Below, in pieces: positions 10,185 through 20,157 of a stretch of DNA of 64,000 nucleotides. Below the pieces are notes generated by a model. The model saw nothing but the letters and a program-made list of their open reading frames with translations, ran no database searches and was not told the origin of the DNA. The DNA is taken from NCBI GenBank assembly GCA_019694465.1, contig JAIBBV010000006.1, forward strand, positions 18,843-82,842, in the 5' to 3' direction. This DNA comes from Oligoflexia bacterium (GTDB lineage: Bacteria > Bdellovibrionota_C > UBA2361 > JAFLCA01). The position numbers and the translations under genes were made by a program. How positions within the stretch are numbered: the stretch's first letter is position 1; each line of letters opens with the position of its first letter.

Positions 10185-13100
10185 CTAGCCTTTGCTTAAT
10201 GCATCGAGTTCCCTCTGTAGACGCACTAAATTTGGATGTCCCGGAAGCAAACGTAATGCTGATGCTACGTATGGCTTTGCTTCACCGAAGCGACGCCCAT
10301 CAACAAGGTGCAGAGCAGCATGTACGTATGGCTCTGGGTTCTCTGGATTGGCTTGGATACTACTTAGTAGAGCCTTGAGCGTCGCATCCTCTGTTCGTCC
10401 TGCCGCCGGGGCCTTGTGGGCTTCCACGAAGTAGCCCACCGTGAATGCTTCATTGAAGCAAGGAGTGTCCAATTCAAAGAAAAGGCGAGGTAGCGTATCT
10501 GCAAGCAGAGCCCTTAGACCGGCATAGTTTGCTCCAAGCCGCTGCTGTTGAGATTGGATGGCATTGGCGGCACGTGCGCATTCCTGTGCCAGATGCTTGA
10601 AGAATCCACCATTAGGCGTAATTTCATTAATTTCCAGGCCACTCTTCTCGCAAAAATGCCTATACCATTGAGGTGTGTAGCCTCCGTAAAAGTGGAAGGG
10701 CAGCTGATGCAAGCCAGAACCAAGTGGCGCAGTTAATAGTAGGGTTCCGCCCGGCTTAAGGATGCGAGAAATCTCACGCAAGGCGCCTATTGGATCGGGA
10801 ATATGCTCAAATACTTCAGTGCAAATTACTGCGTCAAATGTAGCATCTGGTACAGGTATACTAACGATATCTGATACATAATCAATGTGACCATAGTCTT
10901 TGGTGCCACCCAACTTTTCACCCTCGTACTGCTTGAAATCGTGAGTTTTATATTCGCAATGTGCGAATAAGTGGCGATAAGGGCAAGTGCCTGCACCCAC
11001 ATCTAATACTTTACTGCCGGCGGGAATGCGTTTGGCCTTCTCTTGGATCCAGCGATCTCTTCCGCGTTGGTTGAAATCATAAATCTCTTCAATCGGCACT
11101 TGAGCGCTTGGTCCTACCTCCAGTCCCGGAATATTCTCTAGAATTTGAGTGGTATTGCATGCCCGAGGCTGTTCACCACCTGCCAGCACTTTGCGTAGTT
11201 GCTCACGCCAAACTTCATAAGTTGGTCGCTCGGCATCAGCAACAGTGCTTTCCCAAAGTAGAGCATCCGCTGCTTGTAGCAATTGCTCTCGTGATAGAGA
11301 GCGACTCTTGATTGCTTGAACTTCTACATTACAAAGATGGGGTTCATGCGGCCATGAATTCTGTTGTATGGATACCTGATCAAATCCAAGTGCTGCTAGC
11401 GTTCTGCGGTAACGTTCTGGAAACCAGTGATCGACATGATAAGCCCAGGAAGCGGCTTGGTCTCCAGCTAAGTGACGCACAGTCCCCATCTTTACCCGCC
11501 AGTTTGGGTGTGACAGCAGGTTACGCGCAGCGCCTTCTAGATCGGGAGTCTCAATGTGTAGTTTTCCACCACACTTGAGTGCCTCATGCCATTTTATTAG
11601 CATAGCCAGGGCAGTAACTCGGCTGAAGTGTTCAAAAACATGGTGCAGCCGAATCTCGTCTACACTTTCCTTATTCACTACCAGACGCGTAATATCTGCA
11701 AAGATATCAGCACGTATTTGCATAACATTATGCTCACTGGGTGGATAATCCACGTTGATATAACCATCAAAGTGTTGCTCCCCGCATCCCAGGTGCAGAC
11801 GTAGTGGACTTCCAGTGGCCCATAGGCCGCGTGTTGTCAGTGCTTGGTTGAAGTTCTCGCCAGAGGCTACTGTTGTTGTGTGCACGGTGCTTTTCTCCTT
11901 TTTAGTATCTGTTTTAGTGCCAACGGCTGGCCACCAGGATCGATCCTCTGGGGGCGCAGAAGCTGGGAGACGGTATGGGTCCACGGTGATTAACTTTGTA
12001 ATCCACTCGGGAGTATGTATTCCGATGGTAGCGAGAGCTGACGATAGGCTCCAAAGTACCTTCCAGCCCCCTTGAATCCCGGGGACCTCAAGCAATTCTA
12101 CTAATTCAACAATTTCCGTTGGGAGCGCCTGATGATCCGGTGCGGAGAGTGCTTGAAGAGCTAAGGTACGGTCAATTGGAACAGATAGCGCGTCACTTGC
12201 TCCAAGCTTATCTAATACAGAAAGCAGAGTGGAGAACTTTTGTCTCCCGAAAAATGCATTTGTGTGTAGTAGAATGCAGATAAACCTTGCTGCGTCAGCC
12301 TTTGTTACTAAGGGTATATTAAGCTCTGTGAACAAGTACCGAATAATACTGCCAGTTCCTTGCGGTAGTAGGGCCTGTAGTTCTTTTTCGACGGTCTGGC
12401 ATTGCTCAGCCCACGCTATCCCATAGCCCGCATTGTGTGATTGATTGGCAACCGAGGCCTGTCTATGGCTCTCCAATGGTGGTGAAGGCCTAAGTAGAGC
12501 GCTTGGTTCATCATAGCGAGGTTCGACGCCACTATCTATGAAATTTAGTACCTGAGGAATTAAACTCTCAGTGGTATGTAGCGCCATTAGTTTCTTCCGA
12601 GCGGCCTCAGATATGTTACGTGCAAATTGCTTATCATTTTGTACGCGCTCAATGTGAGCAGCCAGCTGTTCTGGGTTGGATTTTGAGTAGAAAAGAATTT
12701 CCTTTCCGTCTTCAAATAGCGCCTTGGTTCGTGGCCTGAATTCTATTTCCCATGAAATTACTGGACGTGCGGCAGCCATACCATCTATGACTCGGCTAGG
12801 TAACATGCGGCCATATTGAGGAAGATTTACAACCGCACAGCCTTCAGTTAGCCCTTCGAGCCAAAGTCCATAACAGTCGCGTCGGATCGAACGTAGCACC
12901 CTCAAGTATTCAGGAAGCATACGTTGCTCGAATGGCACTTGCCCGCTGAGTTGTTGCTCTAAGGCCCGATGCAAATTGTCGTACATCGCAGGAAGCTTAG
13001 TGAACATCTCTGGTGATGAGTCTGGCCGCACGAGCAATTTGGATAGGCGTGAATGCGCAAGCCACTCTTTACGGTCACCGTAAAGAGCACCGTAAAAAAT

Positions 13101-13655
13101 AGCTTCGGACCGCTTGGGCGCTGAAACTTCGCGCTGAATATAACGGCTGGGTACCTTTGCATTTGATAGCCACATTGAAGGTAAAGTACCTGAGCTGTTA
13201 AATCGCTCTACATCTACCTCGTCTACGGCCAGTAAGTGTGTGGCAAAACGCAGATTTCGTTCGGTATTGGCGATGCGGCGCTTTGTCCCTTCTGGGTTGG
13301 TTGTAAATTCTCGAGGGTCAGTAGCGATCGACTCGCACAGAAAGCCAAGTCGGACTGGAGCGAGGGTTGAGAGCCATTCCAGAAAATTGTCGTCGTACTG
13401 GGAGTGGCCAATATCAAACCACACCATGTCAAAGCGTTTGTTCCCAATCAGATGACGGGCAAATGTAAGCCAGGATGGTCCTTGTGAAGAAGCGAACGTA
13501 GGATGGAAGAGAGAAGGAATAGTCAGAAAATCAATCCCATGAGCTTCGAAGCCCTCCTCGAATCCAAGTCCGGTTGGATACGACCAATGACTAGCATCTT
13601 GCCAGGTGCGAAATTCAAGAGGGATGAAGAGAACTGCTGGCTTCCGTGTCGTCAT
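10185..13655 (-). CDS. multidomain glycan-modifying protein: GT-B (GT1/GT4-like) glycosyltransferase + two class-I SAM-dependent methyltransferase domains + C-terminal TPR
   Basis: N-terminal region ends with a GT-B C-terminal signature (IDGMAAARPVISWEIEF...EDGKEILFYS...). Two separate MTase motif-I stretches (LHLGCGEQHFDGYINVD and LDVGAGTCPYRHL...LKPGGTLLL). TPR-like C-terminus. Start overlaps the stop of the upstream gene (ATGA). Confidence 0.7.
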   Translation of the reverse strand: MTTRKPAVLFIPLEFRTWQDASHWSYPTGLGFEEGFEAHGIDFLTIPSLFHPTFASSQGPSWLTFARHLIGNKRFDMVWFDIGHSQYDDNFLEWLSTLAPVRLGFLCESIATDPREFTTNPEGTKRRIANTERNLRFATHLLAVDEVDVERFNSSGTLPSMWLSNAKVPSRYIQREVSAPKRSEAIFYGALYGDRKEWLAHSRLSKLLVRPDSSPEMFTKLPAMYDNLHRALEQQLSGQVPFEQRMLPEYLRVLRSIRRDCYGLWLEGLTEGCAVVNLPQYGRMLPSRVIDGMAAARPVISWEIEFRPRTKALFEDGKEILFYSKSNPEQLAAHIERVQNDKQFARNISEAARKKLMALHTTESLIPQVLNFIDSGVEPRYDEPSALLRPSPPLESHRQASVANQSHNAGYGIAWAEQCQTVEKELQALLPQGTGSIIRYLFTELNIPLVTKADAARFICILLHTNAFFGRQKFSTLLSVLDKLGASDALSVPIDRTLALQALSAPDHQALPTEIVELVELLEVPGIQGGWKVLWSLSSALATIGIHTPEWITKLITVDPYRLPASAPPEDRSWWPAVGTKTDTKKEKSTVHTTTVASGENFNQALTTRGLWATGSPLRLHLGCGEQHFDGYINVDYPPSEHNVMQIRADIFADITRLVVNKESVDEIRLHHVFEHFSRVTALAMLIKWHEALKCGGKLHIETPDLEGAARNLLSHPNWRVKMGTVRHLAGDQAASWAYHVDHWFPERYRRTLAALGFDQVSIQQNSWPHEPHLCNVEVQAIKSRSLSREQLLQAADALLWESTVADAERPTYEVWREQLRKVLAGGEQPRACNTTQILENIPGLEVGPSAQVPIEEIYDFNQRGRDRWIQEKAKRIPAGSKVLDVGAGTCPYRHLFAHCEYKTHDFKQYEGEKLGGTKDYGHIDYVSDIVSIPVPDATFDAVICTEVFEHIPDPIGALREISRILKPGGTLLLTAPLGSGLHQLPFHFYGGYTPQWYRHFCEKSGLEINEITPNGGFFKHLAQECARAANAIQSQQQRLGANYAGLRALLADTLPRLFFELDTPCFNEAFTVGYFVEAHKAPAAGRTEDATLKALLSSIQANPENPEPYVHAALHLVDGRRFGEAKPYVASALRLLPGHPNLVRLQRELDALSKG

Positions 13656-14197
13656 GAAACTCCCTTAACAGCAGTAGTTCGGTATCCATCGTCACGCTGT
13701 GATACAATGGGATCAGTGACTGGCCACCAAAGTTTTAGGTCCGGATCATTCCAGTATAATGTGAACTGCCCAGCGCGGTTGTAGTATGTGGTCTGCTTGT
13801 AGGCAAAGACTGCCTGCTCTGATAGCACCAAATGGCCGTTGCCAAAATGTGGAGGCACCAATACTTGAGAGCGATTTGTTTCAGAAAGGGTGAATGCCTG
13901 CCATTTTCTATACTGAGCGGACTTTGAGTCGTTGTTGATCACTAGTAAGTACAGAGATCCGACAAGGCAAGAAATTAGCTTCCAGGTTTCAGCGTCACCA
14001 TGCACACCACGCAGTACATTTTTGTTGGACACTGAAATGTTGTCTTGGCAGAAATGCTGATCGATTCCGGCCTCGCGGTAGAGCTTCTCGTTGTAGAGTT
14101 CGACATGCCGGCCGCGGAAATCCTCGAATTGTGTTGGTGGGCTAATCAGTAACACCCCATCCAAGTTAGTCTTTTGCACGTTAAGCTGGGTCGACAT
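13652..14197 (-). CDS. dTDP-4-dehydrorhamnose 3,5-epimerase family (RmlC-like cupin)
   Basis: FEDFRGRHVE, QDNISVSNKNVLRGVHG, KLISCLVGSLYLLVIN, VLVPPHFGNGHLVLSEQAVFAYKQTTYY and WNDPDL match RmlC motif by motif. Confidence 0.75.
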   Translation of the reverse strand: MSTQLNVQKTNLDGVLLISPPTQFEDFRGRHVELYNEKLYREAGIDQHFCQDNISVSNKNVLRGVHGDAETWKLISCLVGSLYLLVINNDSKSAQYRKWQAFTLSETNRSQVLVPPHFGNGHLVLSEQAVFAYKQTTYYNRAGQFTLYWNDPDLKLWWPVTDPIVSQRDDGYRTTAVKGVS

Positions 14198-14516
14198 GTT
14201 GCTAATATCCTGAAAATGTTGAGGTTTCTACGTGTGCGCGGCGCGTGGAACCTCTTTAGTTTGATGCAGCAGACCGGGGGAAGAAACGGGTAAATTTCAT
14301 TGCTAGCCTAGCAAAGCTCTCAATCTTTCCAGGTGTTTAGACAGGGGGCCTGACTGAGCAGCAGCAATCAAGAGATTCATGAATGTCACTCGCGGCCTAG
14401 TCGCATCGAAATTATGGGAGAGCAGTCCCTACAGATCAGTGGAAGTTGGGTTAGGTGATGGTTTGGAGCATGAGCTGTGAATCACACCAATTTGTAGCGC
14501 AAATTATTGAAAAAAT

Positions 14517-15776
14517 ATGAATCAGCCGCTCGTCAGCATTTTAATGCCTATCTATAACTGCGCTAAGTCAGGCTTGCGCGATGGCAAGTGCTATTTGAAT
14601 CATGCTTTGGAGTCGCTGCTGGCTCAAAGTTATAAAAACTTTGAGTTGCTGATTCTGGATAACAGATCCGAGGATAGTACGCCGGACATCTGTCGAAAAT
14701 ATGCCAGTGTGGACGCGCGTATTCAATTCATCACTGATACCCAGAAGCGAACAATTGACGATGCCTTTGCATATCTACCTGAGAAGATGCGCGGCGTCTA
14801 TTGCATGTGCGCGAATGATGATGACCGTTACCACCCGGAATTTGTTAGTCGCCTCGTAGAATTCTTGGAATCCAATAAGGAAATTGATCTAGTTTACCCT
14901 AACTGTGACTTTGTTGACTCAGTCGATCAGGTAACAAATGCTCGAGTAGTTACTAGCGACAGTGCTTATCAAGCGCAGCAGTCCGCCTTCACCAATTTTT
15001 GCCGCTATTCGCAACGTCGCAATCCATTACCCTTTGTCTTCGGCATGTATCGGGCTGATGTATTCAAGAAAATTCAGCCTACCACGGCTTTTGATGTGTG
15101 GGGTGCCAATGTTGATAACCTACTCATCCTAAAATTCTTTTTGATGGGATTTCGCTCAGCATTTTTGGACCAAGTCCTATTTTATTACCGCGCCAAACAT
15201 CGTCCATTGGCTCCCGAGGATCAAAATCGCGCGCGGTTCCCAAGAGATTTTCCGGACTTTGCTGCTCCAGTTGAGGTATGGTTCTACTACGTGCGGCATC
15301 AACTATATTTCAGAATAGCAGTGTTGAGAGCTCTCAAACAGTACAACACATTTTCACCAATACAGGCGCAGATCGCGCGAGCTGTCTTGAACGAATCGCT
15401 GATTCGTCACTCAATGAATCTAATGGAATGGCTAGCGAAGGACGAGACAAAAGTCGATGATGTTCAAAACGCTGGTCGTTTTGCAGCGATTCGTGAATTC
15501 GCGCAAGCAAAATTAACCGGCTTGGCTACGTTAGAGAGCCGACTTAGTGCTTCCGATTACGCACAAATTGATTCAAATCTTGCTTACGCTAAAATGCGCT
15601 CTATTGCTGCTCAGGAGCTTCTACAGCGTTTTGATTCTGTGTTGCGTTTTGCCTGGAACAAGATCGACAATAAAGAGTCTAGTGTTATTGCCGAAGTGAT
15701 GAAATTGATGTCAGAGGAACTTGAGTGCTTCCCAAAAGTTGTTGCCGCGAGTGAAGCGAGCTGTAATAACTTTTAG
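14517..15776 (+). CDS. family-2 glycosyltransferase (GT-A)
   Basis: N-terminal VSILMPIYNCAKS...LESLLAQSYKNFELLILDNRSED... is the GT2 signature. The last ~18 codons lie inside repeat copy A. Confidence 0.7.
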   Translation: MNQPLVSILMPIYNCAKSGLRDGKCYLNHALESLLAQSYKNFELLILDNRSEDSTPDICRKYASVDARIQFITDTQKRTIDDAFAYLPEKMRGVYCMCANDDDRYHPEFVSRLVEFLESNKEIDLVYPNCDFVDSVDQVTNARVVTSDSAYQAQQSAFTNFCRYSQRRNPLPFVFGMYRADVFKKIQPTTAFDVWGANVDNLLILKFFLMGFRSAFLDQVLFYYRAKHRPLAPEDQNRARFPRDFPDFAAPVEVWFYYVRHQLYFRIAVLRALKQYNTFSPIQAQIARAVLNESLIRHSMNLMEWLAKDETKVDDVQNAGRFAAIREFAQAKLTGLATLESRLSASDYAQIDSNLAYAKMRSIAAQELLQRFDSVLRFAWNKIDNKESSVIAEVMKLMSEELECFPKVVAASEASCNNF

Positions 15777-15966
15777 CGCTCGTCCGCCGGAGGCGGACCC
15801 CCGGAGGGGAAATAATTATAGCGGCTCTCTAAAGGGATACAGCTGCGCCGCAGGCGCGACATTAAGATATATCTATTACAATCAAACTCATCATCAAATG
15901 CCAGTACGTCACTGTTTTATATGCTTCCTTTCTCGCGACAATTACTTTTGGGAGTCGCTATAGAAT
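15722..15966 (+). repeat. copy A (~245 bp) of a two-copy dispersed repeat; carries a 63-bp insertion relative to copy B
   Basis: Shares gcttccc-aaagtt-ttRccgcgag...gtaataacttttagcgctcgtc...ggcgcgacattaagatat-tctattac...ttttgggagYcgctatagaa with 21671-21852. Overlaps the 3-prime end of the GT2 CDS and abuts the ATG of the next gene. Confidence 0.7.
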
Positions 15967-17116
15967 GCGCCGTTGTGCCCTCATTATTGCAGTCTTTATC
16001 TGCCTAGCGGATGTTTCTGCCTCTCCAAAGGCAAATTCATTTAAGACATCTTTGACCTATAAAAACCTCAACTTTAGCGCTCCGACAGACATCCAAGTTG
16101 CCTCAGGATCTGAGAAGCGCATGTTTGTGGCGGAACGGGCTGGCCGGATATTGGCATTTGGTCCATCCAAGAGCGCCTCTTCCTCTAGTGTATTTTTAGA
16201 TATTAGTGATCGTGTGACATCTGCTGCTGATGAGGAGGGACTATTAGGGTTTGCATTTCATCCCGACTACTCCACAAATGGGTATATTTTTGTAAATTAT
16301 ACAGCTGCCGGGCCATTACGAACAGTTATCTCGCGCTTCCAGCGTAGCGCAAGCAATGCAGCAGTTGCGGACTCCAGCACTGAGTTAGTGTTACTAGAGT
16401 TTGATCAGCCATTTTCTAATCATAATGGTGGGCAGTTGGCATTTAGTCCGGGTGGCTATTTGTATATTGCTACTGGCGATGGTGGATCAGCCGGTGATCC
16501 TAACAATAATGCCCAATCATTAGGTACTTATTTAGGGAAGATTTTACGCATTGATGTAGACTCAACTGATAGCGGCAAGAACTACGCTATACCTTCTGGA
16601 AATCCCTTTGTGAGTAACTCATCCGCCAAAGCAGAAATTTATGCCTACGGTTTTCGTAATCCCTGGCGGATTAGCTTTGACTCAGTCACCAAGAAATTGT
16701 GGGCAGCGGATGTGGGACAGGATGCTCGCGAGGAGATAGATCTTGTGGCGAAAGGGAAAAACTACGGCTGGCGGATTAGGGAGGGCAGTGCCTGTTACAA
16801 TCCAAACACTGGCTGCCGAAGTAGTGGATTAAGTAAGCCAACTTATGAGTATGGTCACGCTTTAGGCGAGTCCATAACGGGTGGATACGTGTACAGGGGA
16901 AAGAAGTTTCCGGAGCTAGTGGGCTACTATATATATGCTGATTTTATTAGTGGTACGATTTGGGCGCTCTCCTACCCCAAGGGCAAGATGGCCGCGAAGT
17001 CAACTCGCCTAGTAGATACGTCCTTATTGATATCTACATTTGGACAGAGTCGCTCAGGGGAGCTTTACTTGGCCTCGTATGGCGATGGCAGAATCTATCA
17101 GCTGGCGCGGAAGTAG
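15965..17116 (+). CDS. PQQ-dependent soluble glucose/sorbosone dehydrogenase (GSDH, YliI/Asd family), secreted
   Basis: Signal peptide. GLLGFAFHPDY, FSNHNGGQLAFSPGGYLYIATGDGGSAGDP, ILRIDVD and AYGFRNPWRISFD are hallmark GSDH beta-propeller motifs. Confidence 0.8.
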   Translation: MRRCALIIAVFICLADVSASPKANSFKTSLTYKNLNFSAPTDIQVASGSEKRMFVAERAGRILAFGPSKSASSSSVFLDISDRVTSAADEEGLLGFAFHPDYSTNGYIFVNYTAAGPLRTVISRFQRSASNAAVADSSTELVLLEFDQPFSNHNGGQLAFSPGGYLYIATGDGGSAGDPNNNAQSLGTYLGKILRIDVDSTDSGKNYAIPSGNPFVSNSSAKAEIYAYGFRNPWRISFDSVTKKLWAADVGQDAREEIDLVAKGKNYGWRIREGSACYNPNTGCRSSGLSKPTYEYGHALGESITGGYVYRGKKFPELVGYYIYADFISGTIWALSYPKGKMAAKSTRLVDTSLLISTFGQSRSGELYLASYGDGRIYQLARK

Positions 17117-17373
17117 GCCGCGTCAAGCTAGAGTGCAAAGCAAGATCAAGTAATATTTGATTAGAATACGCGGGAAGGGTAGAAATATCGCAGGATTGGC
17201 GCGTGGAAGATTCTTAAGGCAATTTTGTATAGGCTGAGGCCGACCTAGAACCCCTTAAGTCGGGCTCAAGAACGCCTGGATGGCGTTCACGCGAACTGAA
17301 ACGCGAGCGTAAGTTTGCGATGCGACGCGAAGTCTCACGCTGGTTTCGCGCGAGACGTAGCTTGGAGCATTCT

Positions 17374-17399
17374 CAAAACCACCACGGATGGTGGTTTTG
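17374..17399 (+). terminator. perfect 11-bp stem / 4-nt loop hairpin (caaaaccacca cgga tggtggttttg) between GSDH and the 883-aa gene; terminator or attenuator-like, no U-tract
   Basis: Read directly from the sequence. Lies 43 nt upstream of the ATG at 17442, whose RBS is gaggt. Confidence 0.4.
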
Positions 17400-17441
17400 A
17401 GTCAGTCTCAGGCCGTGACGTAACAGAAGAGGTAATTCTGT

Positions 17442-20093
17442 ATGCCCTCGCCGTCTTTACCATCAAAGCCAGAACCTGAGCGGCATGACACAGCTCCTAC
17501 TTTTGTGGAGCGCTCGACGCCTGCCGCAAGAGTGCCGACCGTGCCTGTAATAGATGAAAGACTTGCCTCTGCATCGGGATCCGAACGAGCTTTTTGGTTC
17601 GAAGTTAGGCGTGAGGTTATTGGTGATATACACCAGTCTCTTTTCTGTCGAATTAGTTCAGTTCGAACCATGGCGGCCTCAGAAATGATTAGGCTACTCG
17701 TGGAGATGCGTCTTACACCTGATCGTATCCCAGACATGAGAGGCTTGGCAGCTTTGGCCGCAAGGAAGCTAATTCAGCAGGCCGCAAACCCTGGCTTTCT
17801 GTGCGCCAAGCCTGAACTGCCTAAAGCGGGTCATGTATTTAGGTATATTTCGGCAACAACGCCAAAGGTCCTTTTTAATGATCGGGATTTTTCGGCGCCC
17901 GGAGCATTTTTCCAGCTTTATCAACCAAATGAAAAGGGTGTCTTAGCGGTTTGGCAGGATTCATCACCTGTGCGTGATAGAGCAAGTCTGGACGAGGTCT
18001 TTGTGTTTCTGGCTAAGCTTGAAGGTTTTGGCAGCGAGATGGTTAGACAAGTCGCTCCTGAGTTGGAAGTGGCATGTGGCAGTGAAACCTTAGGAAATAT
18101 TAGCTTCTATCTTAGTCCAGAGATCATTTCATTTAAGGCAGATGGAGCGCACAGCTTTGCCAGGCATTACTGTTTTAAGGTGCCATTTGGTGCTTTGCCA
18201 CATACCAAGGAGGAGATGCTGGCCAGGCAATTGGATATTGAACAGGGCCGACTTGTCAGGGCTACAGTCAATGTTAGTGGTCGTATAGATCCAGGATTCC
18301 TAGCCTGGGCTCAAGGTGCGGGAGTCTTAAGTGCAGGCCCTATTCCAGACGTCGAGATTCTTTACACACTTAGATTGCCAAGCGGAGCGCCATATACAAT
18401 CGCATTAAAAGAGTCCCGGCGCGGCTCCCAGGCAGAGCCAAATCCACTACATTTGTATAAGCCTGAGGACTGGGAGACAGTAAGACACCTTGGAAATTAC
18501 ATGCTGAACCCTGGGAATAGGGCACGCCTTGAGATTTTTTGTGACTTCAGGGGAGCTGCTGCTCAGGCTGCCCAGACCATGCCCAAAGTTATAGATAATG
18601 CGGAGGATGTTAAAGCCTACCTGGCTCTGCGTGAGCAATGGACTAAGGGGGTACACCAGGAGTTGTTAGCGGCGCATCGTGAATTCCGTGCGCCGATCGA
18701 GGTCGATTGGCTGGAGCAGCGTTTTTCAGAAGCGAGTACCTTTAATTCTATAGTCCAGGAGCGTTTAGACGTAATCCCTGCTAAATATCCATTCCGAACA
18801 GCTGGCTTTTTCCAACTAAATGTCGAGGAGCGTGCCGAGTTTGTTAGGCACTACGTGCCAATAATCTTCAAGGTGTGTGCCGAGGAGCGAGCCCGCATTG
18901 CCTCAGAGCAGCAGAGTGATCAGTGTTTGATGCGAGAGAGACTTGGCTATCGAGGTCCTGAGGAGGGATATCCCCTATCGCTTGATTACATGATCATGGA
19001 CATGATTATTGATTATAGAGCGCGAAAGTCATTCGTGCAGAATCGAGCCAGAGAACGTGGGCTGCGTCCCGAAGAAGTTGTAATCCCGGAACACATTGGA
19101 CGTAGATATGATCGACCGCAGCGCTTTATGGGTGTTGGTGATATCCCTAGAATATTATCTGAACGTGGCTCGCAGAGGACAGTGGAGGCCAGATTCTTTG
19201 ATCCAAAGAGTCAGCAAGTTGAAACTGTAACTGGCGAAACTGCAGTTCGAGATAAATTAAATTGTATTCTCAATGAGAATGTAGCGCGAGCACGAGTTGT
19301 AATTGGTGAATTCAAGAATTCCGCTCAATATCGACAGGGGCATGAACATCGATCTTCTCCTTGGCATAATGGGCCGCGTTTAGGGGTTTTGGTGTTGGAG
19401 GGAATTTCCCGCTCCTGTACTCAATCAGAAAATCAGCTAAATGATGCAATTTCTGCCACGGCACGTGCCCTGGCACGCCTCACAATGTCGCGGGCAGGCG
19501 AACCGAAAGTGGCACGGGAGCGAATAGGGGCAGAGGCAGCCAAGCATGACAGGCTAATTGGTACCTTACGTGAGGCTGCTGATAGATCCAAGATTGCGCT
19601 CGTTGAACTAACCAATTATGTGTTGCGCGACTATAGTCAGACTGCCTTTGTGCGTGTCGAGGAAATACTTGATTACGATGTAATTCGTTTCGCCTGTTCA
19701 ATTGGTGCCGATTGTCGCCCTATACTATCAGAGGAGCAAATGAAGCGTGAAGGGCGGACCCGGATGACACACTCGGAGCAGCTTGGCGGGAAGAATATGT
19801 ATGGTGGGGGATTTCTTCTCGTAGGTAGGCATTTTGAAGTGTTTCACGATGCGCGCGAGTGGAGGGCATTTGCGGACGGGTTTGAGCAACGTGAGCTACA
19901 GCCCTGGCGTGCCTTAAAGATTACAAATGATTCAGGACACTACTTCCCTGGACTGAATACTCTTCAGTTCACATCAAACTGCATCTTCAAGGAGTTAGAT
20001 GTTATTGGGATTGATCATTCAGGATGTGTCGTTGCTGACGCTCTTAGTCCAGGGATTAGGACTGCGAGCCTGATAAGACTAGTAGACCTATAG
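17442..20093 (+). CDS. large orphan hypothetical protein (883 aa) with a Ser/Pro-rich N-terminus
   Basis: Long uninterrupted ORF with a good RBS. No signal peptide or TM segment and no recognisable catalytic motifs. Lies between the two repeat copies. Confidence 0.55.
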   Translation: MPSPSLPSKPEPERHDTAPTFVERSTPAARVPTVPVIDERLASASGSERAFWFEVRREVIGDIHQSLFCRISSVRTMAASEMIRLLVEMRLTPDRIPDMRGLAALAARKLIQQAANPGFLCAKPELPKAGHVFRYISATTPKVLFNDRDFSAPGAFFQLYQPNEKGVLAVWQDSSPVRDRASLDEVFVFLAKLEGFGSEMVRQVAPELEVACGSETLGNISFYLSPEIISFKADGAHSFARHYCFKVPFGALPHTKEEMLARQLDIEQGRLVRATVNVSGRIDPGFLAWAQGAGVLSAGPIPDVEILYTLRLPSGAPYTIALKESRRGSQAEPNPLHLYKPEDWETVRHLGNYMLNPGNRARLEIFCDFRGAAAQAAQTMPKVIDNAEDVKAYLALREQWTKGVHQELLAAHREFRAPIEVDWLEQRFSEASTFNSIVQERLDVIPAKYPFRTAGFFQLNVEERAEFVRHYVPIIFKVCAEERARIASEQQSDQCLMRERLGYRGPEEGYPLSLDYMIMDMIIDYRARKSFVQNRARERGLRPEEVVIPEHIGRRYDRPQRFMGVGDIPRILSERGSQRTVEARFFDPKSQQVETVTGETAVRDKLNCILNENVARARVVIGEFKNSAQYRQGHEHRSSPWHNGPRLGVLVLEGISRSCTQSENQLNDAISATARALARLTMSRAGEPKVARERIGAEAAKHDRLIGTLREAADRSKIALVELTNYVLRDYSQTAFVRVEEILDYDVIRFACSIGADCRPILSEEQMKREGRTRMTHSEQLGGKNMYGGGFLLVGRHFEVFHDAREWRAFADGFEQRELQPWRALKITNDSGHYFPGLNTLQFTSNCIFKELDVIGIDHSGCVVADALSPGIRTASLIRLVDL

Positions 20094-20157
20094 AGAACTA
20101 AGACGGCTCCAACTAATTTTATCAGAAAGTTGAGCCGTCCTAAGTTCGATGCAATGA

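Noticed and set aside
15721-15963. 80-aa ORF (MSASQKLLPRVKRAVITFSARPPEADPRRG…) in the ORF track
   Set aside because: It lies entirely within repeat copy A. It runs out of frame over the GT2 3-prime end and the GC-rich insertion. Copy B has no equivalent ORF. It is judged a chance frame.
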